DNA from: Burkholderiales bacterium
GTDB lineage: Bacteria > Pseudomonadota > Gammaproteobacteria > Burkholderiales > Burkholderiaceae_C
Reading direction: 5' to 3'
DNA length: 64,000 nucleotides
NCBI GenBank assembly: GCA_038235025.1
Contig: JBBSUJ010000005.1
Span: 7,417 to 71,416 of the forward strand
Shown: piece after piece, positions 58,129 through 64,000 of the stretch
Numbering within the stretch: the stretch's first letter is position 1
Layout: each line of letters starts with the position of its first letter
The notes under the pieces: generated by a model
Told to the model about the DNA's origin: nothing
The model's input: only the letters and a program-made list of their open reading frames with translations
Database searches by the model: none
Program-made: the position numbers and the translations under genes

Positions 58129-58776
58129 ATGACTTTCGCCGTCACCCAAACCACCGCCGCTCCTTACCGTCTTTCGCTGCACCTTGCTGCCTTGGCCGCC
58201 TGCGCCGCATTCAGCTTTCCGGTTCTGGCGCAACGCTCTGCACCCCTGCCAGCGGACGCAGCCGCTAGCACACCAAGCGCCGCCACCCCGCATGTCGACC
58301 GCGCCGTGCACCGCCAGCAGTGGCAAGAAAAACGTGCAGCACGGCGCGCCGAACACACCGCGCAACTCAAACAAAGCCTGGCGCTCACGCCGGCTCAGGA
58401 AAGTGCCTGGACCGACTTCACCACTGCACTGCAAATGCGCAGCGACTTTGCCAAGTTGGGCCGCGTCAATATGCAAGACCTGACCACGCCTGAGCGCATC
58501 GACCGCATGCGCGCAATGCGCGCACAGCGCAATGCCGCCATGGACCAACGCGCCGACGCCACCAAAGCGTTCTACGCCCAACTGCAGCCGGAGCAGCAAA
58601 AAACCTTTGACCAATCCAACATCCGCATGATGCGCACGGGTCAAATGGGCAAGAGGGGTCACCACCAAGGTCACCAAGGCCATCACGAACAAATGGGTCA
58701 AAAAAAATCACGAGGGTCACCAAAGCCAGATGGGATACCACGGCTCCATGAGCCTGCACCCACCGCGACCTATTGA
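58129..58776 (+). CDS. Spy/CpxP-family periplasmic chaperone / heavy-metal stress protein (ZraP-like His-rich tail)
   Basis: The ATG at 58129 follows AAGGA. It has a signal peptide ending FPVLAQ, LTxxQ-type motifs (LALTPAQESAW, LQPEQQKTF) and a His-rich segment (KRGHHQGHQGHHEQ). The last ~25 codons are uncertain. Confidence 0.7.
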   Translation: MTFAVTQTTAAPYRLSLHLAALAACAAFSFPVLAQRSAPLPADAAASTPSAATPHVDRAVHRQQWQEKRAARRAEHTAQLKQSLALTPAQESAWTDFTTALQMRSDFAKLGRVNMQDLTTPERIDRMRAMRAQRNAAMDQRADATKAFYAQLQPEQQKTFDQSNIRMMRTGQMGKRGHHQGHQGHHEQMGQKKSRGSPKPDGIPRLHEPAPTATY

Positions 58777-59133
58777 TTGACTGGCCAATCGTTGACACGC
58801 CTGCAAAGGCCGTTCCAGCAACAATCAAAGAGGCGCTTAAGCGCATACCGGGCGCGGGTCTCGAGTTAACCCTCTGGCGCGTCTTCAGTGGGTTTGCACA
58901 CCCATCACAAGAATGTGCTGGCCACTCGCTGGTGATACGAACGGCAAGCGCGTCTTTTGTGTGCATCACATCTCACTGTGGAAAAGTTTTCGGAACGCAG
59001 CGGCAACACCAGCGTCCGCGGCGGGTAAAGCACTTGACCAACCCGACTGCGCCTCAACCCCCGGGCACAACCTTGCGCAGTTAACACCATGTACCGCATC
59101 TGTGAGTCCTTGTTACGTCCGCCGGGACCGCGT

Positions 59134-59372
59134 AGCTCGGCTGTGCATAACCCTGTGTAAAAAATCACTGGAAAATACAAGTTACCCACAGAAAAAAGCG
59201 ATGTAAGGAAGTTATTCAAGTTTTGGGACAGCCATGACAGTGGCTGGTACACATACTTTGAAGCCTTGCAAGTGCCTGATTTTTCTCATGAAATCAGGGT
59301 TACCCACAGAACCACGGCTTGTCTACTACTACCACTATGTAATTAGAAAGACTTAGAAAGATAGCAAAGCCG
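59134..59372 (-). repeat. AT-rich DnaA-box-bearing module B, inverted homologue of 51553-51793
   Basis: Boxes TGTGCATAA (59142-59150, i.e. TTATGCACA) and TTACCCACA (59182-59190 and 59300-59308). It also has (CTA)n, ctactactaccactat, and direct repeats ttagaaag x2. The boxes are positionally equivalent to those of module A. Confidence 0.8.
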
Positions 59373-59647
59373 GCCCGCGCTTTGGTGATGGAAGAGCCGT
59401 TGTGAGCGCAAGAAATGCCCTCAGGACATCAAAAGGGCTTTTTATTGAGATAGAAATGTTGGAGCACTGCCAAGGTGTCTCTATTTGTTAGCTGTCTTCA
59501 CGACGCGCAAGGTCTTTACCAGCGCTTCAAGCAGCAATCGTCAACGGGCTAAGTCGCCGGGTGCCTCAACCAAGTTGTGCAGAGAACCACCGATATCGCA
59601 GCGATTCTTCGGAAGCCAAGGAAGCCGTTGTTTGCCGGCTCCGCCGT

Positions 59648-62600
59648 TCAGGTGGAAGCGCAGGGCTCCTGGGCCGCGAGCAGTTCCTGCAGGGCTAGGG
59701 CGCTGAGAGGCCGGCTGTAGAAGTAGCCCTGGAATGTCATGCAGCCGGCCTCCAGCAGCACTTGGCGCTGCTCCAGGGTTTCCACCCCTTCGGCGATCAC
59801 ATCGAGCCCCAGGGCTGCGCTGAGCGCGACGATAGTGTCAACAATGGCGGCATCATTCGGATCGCTCAGCAAGTCGTGCACGAAGCTCTGGTCGATTTTG
59901 AGTTGCTGCAGCGGCATGCGCTTGAGGTAGCTCAGGCTGGAATACCCGGTGCCGAAGTCGTCCAGCGAAAATCCCACGCCTGTGGCGCGCAGCGCCTCCA
60001 TCGTCGCAATGACGCCCTCTACGTTGTCTACCAGCACGCTCTCGGTCAGCTCCAGCTTCAGTCGGTCTGCTGGCGCACCAGTCACCGCCAGAATGCGCGA
60101 GACATCTTGAACAAAGGTGGAGCTGCGAAACTGTTTAGAACTTACGTTCACCGCCATGGTGAGGTGCCGCAAACGCGGTTCGGCCTGCCATTGGGCCAAG
60201 GTTTGGCAGGCGGTATGCAAAACCCAGCGCCCCAGCGTCAGAATCAAGCCGGTGTCTTCTGCAACCGGTATGAATTTTCCCGGTGGAATCATGCCGTGTT
60301 CGCGGTGCTTCCAGCGGGCCAAGGCTTCGACTCCCAGCAGGTCGCCGTTGTGGCGCACCTGAGGCTGGTAGTGCAGCAGAAAGTCGCCTTGGGCCAGAGC
60401 CGCGCGCATGTCGTCCTCCAGTGCCGCACGTTCGGACACCACGGCCTGCATTTGCGGATCAAAAAAGCGCAGTGTGTTGCGGCCCCCAGTCTTGGCCTGG
60501 TACATGGCCAAATCAGCCTGCTTGAGTAGGTCGCCCACCGTTTGCTCGCCGCCCGTAAACGGCGCAATGCCAATGCTGGGCGTTGTGCGGTAGTGGTGAT
60601 TTCCCAGCTGATATGGCATCGCCAGGATGGTGAGGATTTTTTCAGCCACCGCCCGTGCTTCCATCGCTCTTTCTGGCGCACCGCCCGACTGCGCACCCAG
60701 CATGACCACAAATTCGTCGCCGCCAAGCCGCGCCACGGTGTCGCTGCCGCGCACACAGGTCTGCAGGCGCTGAGCGACTTGCTGCAGCAACAAGTCCCCC
60801 TTGTCGTGGCCTAGCGTGTCATTGAGGGTTTTGAAGTTGTCCAGGTCGATAAACAGCATGGCACCGCCCGCGCCGCTGCGGGTTGCCTGCGCCAGCGCGT
60901 GGTGGGCCCGGTCCATCAACAGCATGCGGTTGGGCAGGCCGGTGAGCGCATCGTAGAACGCAAGGCGCTGAATTTCCCGCTCGGTTGACTTGCGCTCCCG
61001 AATGTCGGTGCTGATGGCCAACACGCTGTCGCTCTCGCCTGAATCGCTACGCACCAAGGTCCAGCGCCCTTCGGTGTCGATGACGGTGCCGTCGCGGTGC
61101 TGTTTGGTCATCTCTCCCGACCACTCGCCATGGGTGGTCACCTCCTCGGCCGCGTGTTGGAACGCGGCCGGGTCCAGGCAAAGCAGGCTTTTAACGTTCT
61201 GCCCCAGGGCCTGCTCATGGGTGTGCCCATACAACCGCTCGGCTCCTTTGTTCCAATAAGTCACTTGCTGCTTCATGTCCAGCACCACAATGGCGTCACG
61301 CGCCTGATCCAGCACCGAGGCTTGCCACCGAATGTGAGCGTCTGCAGTCTGCCGCTCTATTTCCGCCGAGACGCGTGAGGCAAAAATTTGCAGCGTGGAT
61401 TGAACAAATGCGGAGTTGTGAAGGCGCTCGCGAAACAGCACGAAAATCACGCCGATGGCAGCGCCCGAGCTGGCACACAATTGTTGTCCCACATAGGCTT
61501 CAAAGACGTCGGTGCGCCCCGCCACGGAACGCGGGTAGCGTGTGTGCAAGCCGCTTTCCACACACAACTGGTACTGCGTTGCCAAGTGTGAACTGGGCGT
61601 GCCTTGCAGTGCGTACTCGCCGCCCGGCATGAGCTGCTTGTTGACCACCAAGGCCAGGGTGCGCAGTGTTTCAGGAGTCTGGCCAGCACCAGGTAAAAAG
61701 CGACCAATGCAGGCAGAGTGGGCACCCACCGCCTCCGCCATGTTTTGGGCCAGCTGGACGAAAAATTCCTGACCGGTGCTGGCCGAAACCGTGGCCGCCA
61801 CCTTCAAAACGGCAGCCTGCATGCGCTGCTGCTCCCTACGCGCCCGCAGGCTAAGCAGTCCAAAGGACACGTCCTGGGCCAATTTCTCCAGTAATTCGAC
61901 TTCGTGAACACTCAGGTTGATCACCTCTGGCGCATACAGGTACAGCACGCCAAAGGTGCAGTCGTTTTCGCGCAGTGGCAGGCACAGCATGCCGTAGAAG
62001 CCCCGGGCCGTCAGGCGTTGCGCAAGATGCGCATATTCAGGTTCTTGACATACATCGGGCACCACAACCGTTCGGCCGGTGCGAACCGTCACGCCCGACG
62101 GTCCCCGTCCGTCGGGGCTTACGTCGTCCCACGACAAGGTCAGGCTTTCAAGGTATCCATCATTGGCACCTGCATACGCGGCGCAGCGAATTGTCTTGGC
62201 GGCATCTAGCTCGGCCATGCCCACCCACGCCATGCGGTAACCACCAATTTCGATGGTGATTTGGCAGACGGCTTTCAACAGATCTTCTTCAGAGGTGCCC
62301 CGTACGATCGCCTCGTTGCAGGCCCCCAGTAGCCGAAGCGCCCGCGCCATGCGCGCGATCTCGCGTTCGGATGCGCGGCGTAGCGTGATGTCTACGGCCA
62401 TGCTTTGGCGAGCGGGTTGCCCGTCAAACAAAAATTCGCGCGAGCTGATCTCTACGGTGATCAGGCTACCGTCGCGGCGCTGGTGTTCACGGATCACGTC
62501 GCGGTAGCTGCCGGTGCCGAAGCGTTGTTGTATCGAGTGTTGATGCTCGTCGCGTTTGTCTGGCGGCCAAAGGTCTCTCAGAGACATCTGAAGCAACTCT

Positions 62601-63292
62601 TGCCGCGAATAGCCGTATTCCTGAGTCACCGCGTCATTGACCGCAAGCAGCCGCAGGCTGGCATCTTGCGCAAACACGTACATGGGCGCGGGCTGCGCGT
62701 CAAACAGGCACTGGTACTGCTGCTGGGAAGCGCGCAACTGGGCGGCCACTTCGCGCATCCTGAGCTGTGCGACCACCAAATCGCTCATGATTTTGAGGTG
62801 CTCCAGATCGGCCGAATCAAAACGATCAGGCGATTCCGACCAGATGTTGATGACCCCTGCCAAGCCATCGGGACGGCACAGGGGGACTCGCAGCAACGCG
62901 GGCGGTCCGGGTATTTGCACCGCTTGCAGCTGCAGCAAGGTGCACCATTCAGGCGACTCTTCGGCAAGCTCCAGACTGCCGCGTGGCCGCGTTTCCTGCC
63001 CTGCGCAGGCCACCGTGCGCAGGCCTGCGGCTACGCAAAGCTCAATGCGGGCACCAGCGCCGCCAATGGCGGTAAGCGCGGCCTGTGCGCACATGTCGAA
63101 CAGCTCCTCGTCGCTGAGCACTTCTAAGGCCAACCGGCGTTGCACCTCCATCAGTACCGAATGGGTCAGTGCCTCGCGGCTGCCTTCGTGTGCTGAAAAG
63201 GGCGTGTTCCGCGATTCGTCTGCCGCGGGCGCGGGCACGCTAGCGGGTGAACCCATGGAAGGTATCGAGCGGGTAGCGGGAGGGTCCGACAT
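59648..63292 (-). CDS. Multidomain c-di-GMP signalling protein (GAF/PAS sensors plus GGDEF plus EAL)
   Basis: 1214 aa. It has N-terminal GAF- and PAS-like segments, an intact GGDEF (ARLGGDEFVVML), an EAL motif (GVEALARW), DDFGTGYSSLSYL and KIDQSFV. Confidence 0.9.
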   Translation of the reverse strand: MSDPPATRSIPSMGSPASVPAPAADESRNTPFSAHEGSREALTHSVLMEVQRRLALEVLSDEELFDMCAQAALTAIGGAGARIELCVAAGLRTVACAGQETRPRGSLELAEESPEWCTLLQLQAVQIPGPPALLRVPLCRPDGLAGVINIWSESPDRFDSADLEHLKIMSDLVVAQLRMREVAAQLRASQQQYQCLFDAQPAPMYVFAQDASLRLLAVNDAVTQEYGYSRQELLQMSLRDLWPPDKRDEHQHSIQQRFGTGSYRDVIREHQRRDGSLITVEISSREFLFDGQPARQSMAVDITLRRASEREIARMARALRLLGACNEAIVRGTSEEDLLKAVCQITIEIGGYRMAWVGMAELDAAKTIRCAAYAGANDGYLESLTLSWDDVSPDGRGPSGVTVRTGRTVVVPDVCQEPEYAHLAQRLTARGFYGMLCLPLRENDCTFGVLYLYAPEVINLSVHEVELLEKLAQDVSFGLLSLRARREQQRMQAAVLKVAATVSASTGQEFFVQLAQNMAEAVGAHSACIGRFLPGAGQTPETLRTLALVVNKQLMPGGEYALQGTPSSHLATQYQLCVESGLHTRYPRSVAGRTDVFEAYVGQQLCASSGAAIGVIFVLFRERLHNSAFVQSTLQIFASRVSAEIERQTADAHIRWQASVLDQARDAIVVLDMKQQVTYWNKGAERLYGHTHEQALGQNVKSLLCLDPAAFQHAAEEVTTHGEWSGEMTKQHRDGTVIDTEGRWTLVRSDSGESDSVLAISTDIRERKSTEREIQRLAFYDALTGLPNRMLLMDRAHHALAQATRSGAGGAMLFIDLDNFKTLNDTLGHDKGDLLLQQVAQRLQTCVRGSDTVARLGGDEFVVMLGAQSGGAPERAMEARAVAEKILTILAMPYQLGNHHYRTTPSIGIAPFTGGEQTVGDLLKQADLAMYQAKTGGRNTLRFFDPQMQAVVSERAALEDDMRAALAQGDFLLHYQPQVRHNGDLLGVEALARWKHREHGMIPPGKFIPVAEDTGLILTLGRWVLHTACQTLAQWQAEPRLRHLTMAVNVSSKQFRSSTFVQDVSRILAVTGAPADRLKLELTESVLVDNVEGVIATMEALRATGVGFSLDDFGTGYSSLSYLKRMPLQQLKIDQSFVHDLLSDPNDAAIVDTIVALSAALGLDVIAEGVETLEQRQVLLEAGCMTFQGYFYSRPLSALALQELLAAQEPCAST

Positions 63293-63455
63293 GGCTGCGA
63301 ACGCGGGTGGGAAATGCCTTCAGGTGGCCATTGAAAAAGTCATCGCAAGGAACCGCAGAGGGTGCAAATGTAAATGCAATAAATTGCTTTCAATATACAC
63401 GGACAGGCCAAAAAACCGTGCTTTTAAGTACCTGTGTGGGCCTTGGACTGCCCCA

Positions 63456-64000
63456 TCACAGTGTTCGTCGTATGCGGACACTGTCGGCCAAAGCGCTCAG
63501 AACGGGCAAGGTCTGCACCAGGCTAATGCAGGCATCGGTGACCGAAACACCCGTCTGCAAGGCCTGGCCCGGCACGATGTCCTGGCGGCCCTCCTCCAAG
63601 TGGCTTTCAATCATCACACCGACGATGCGTTGGTCTCCGGCAGCAATTTGCTTTGCTACGTCTTGCGCCACATCGATCTGGCGGCGGTGCTGCTTGCTGC
63701 TGTTGGCGTGTGAGACATCGACCATCACCTGCTCGCGCAGGCCAGCGCTGCGCAGCAGGCTACAGGCAGCGTCCACGTCAGCCGCGCTGTAATTGGGTGC
63801 TTTTCCGCCGCGCAGAATCACGTGGCAATCGTCGTTGCCACGAGTCTCAAAAATGGCGGCCTGCCCCATCTTGGTCATGCCCATGAACGAATGGGATGCC
63901 TGCGCGGCTTGAATAGCGTCCGTTGCTACCCGTACACCGCCGTCGGTACCGTTCTTGAAGCCGACCGGGCACGACAGACCGCTGGCCAGTTGCCGGTGGC
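63456..64000 (-). CDS. Class I 3-deoxy-7-phosphoheptulonate (DAHP) synthase, C-terminal part; the gene continues beyond the window
   Basis: The C-terminal 142 aa listed (ILRGGKAPNYSA..., VMVDVSHANSSKQ..., GVMIESHLEEG..., SVTDACI) parallel E. coli AroG/F/H as I recall them. The frame stays open to base 64000. Confidence 0.85.
   Translation of the reverse strand, partial: HRQLASGLSCPVGFKNGTDGGVRVATDAIQAAQASHSFMGMTKMGQAAIFETRGNDDCHVILRGGKAPNYSAADVDAACSLLRSAGLREQVMVDVSHANSSKQHRRQIDVAQDVAKQIAAGDQRIVGVMIESHLEEGRQDIVPGQALQTGVSVTDACISLVQTLPVLSALADSVRIRRTL

Noticed and set aside
51553-59372. Reading the inverted modules as the ends of a composite transposon or genomic island carrying metal-resistance genes.
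   Set aside because: There is no transposase, integrase or recombinase gene inside or next to the block. I could find no target-site duplication. The arms are only about 60-70% identical, and the enclosed genes (rdgC, mntP, aldehyde dehydrogenase) have native-looking composition. It is kept only as a minor alternative within the main finding.
1-64000. A search for CRISPR arrays, rRNA or tRNA genes, IS elements, integrases, restriction-modification systems or known phage-defence gene sets.
   Set aside because: I found no regularly spaced direct repeats, no transposase- or integrase-like ORF translations, and no defence-associated domains among ORFs of 60 aa or more. The only addiction-type module is vapBC.

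Overview
High-GC (roughly 65% by eye) chromosomal segment. Gene content and a recurring REP-like intergenic repeat point to a betaproteobacterium, probably Comamonadaceae-like (inference). Almost all of it is tightly packed core genes.

Gene content, left to right:
- PIG-L/ACAD-like/GT2 cluster
- ligase-associated DNA-damage operon (exonuclease, ATP-dependent ligase, Lhr helicase, PdeM) with one foreign-looking secreted-protein gene inserted
- MFS transporter, AraC regulator, flavin reductase, CaCA antiporter, cynS
- four-gene envelope cluster (large lipoprotein, YcfL, LpoB, CsgG/LpoB-like)
- origin-proximal block mnmG-rsmG-parA-(ydeN-like)-parB with three parS sites
- yeiH plus LysR regulator
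- dabBA inorganic-carbon pump operon plus LysR regulator
- gstA, vapBC, MFS transporter, OYE reductase
- transglutaminase / circularly permuted ATP-grasp / transglutaminase cluster
- thioredoxin, ClC channel
- copA and copZ-cueR, divergent, each with its own CueR operator
- mscS, EamA-type transporter, Mn riboswitch plus mntP, aldehyde dehydrogenase, rdgC, Spy/CpxP-like protein
- large GAF/PAS-GGDEF-EAL protein and a partial DAHP synthase

No rRNA, tRNA, CRISPR array, transposase or integrase was seen.

The structure that gene annotation leaves most unexplained is a pair of diverged, inverted ~240-bp AT-rich modules at 51553-51793 and 59134-59372. Each carries direct repeats, a TAG-trinucleotide run and three positionally conserved DnaA-box-like 9-mers. 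Together they bracket a 7.3-kb metal/stress gene block about 25-33 kb from the parS cluster.

A second unexplained layer is a ~45-bp palindromic REP-like element present in at least 8 intergenic copies.

All functional calls come from motif recognition in the supplied translations. No database search was run.
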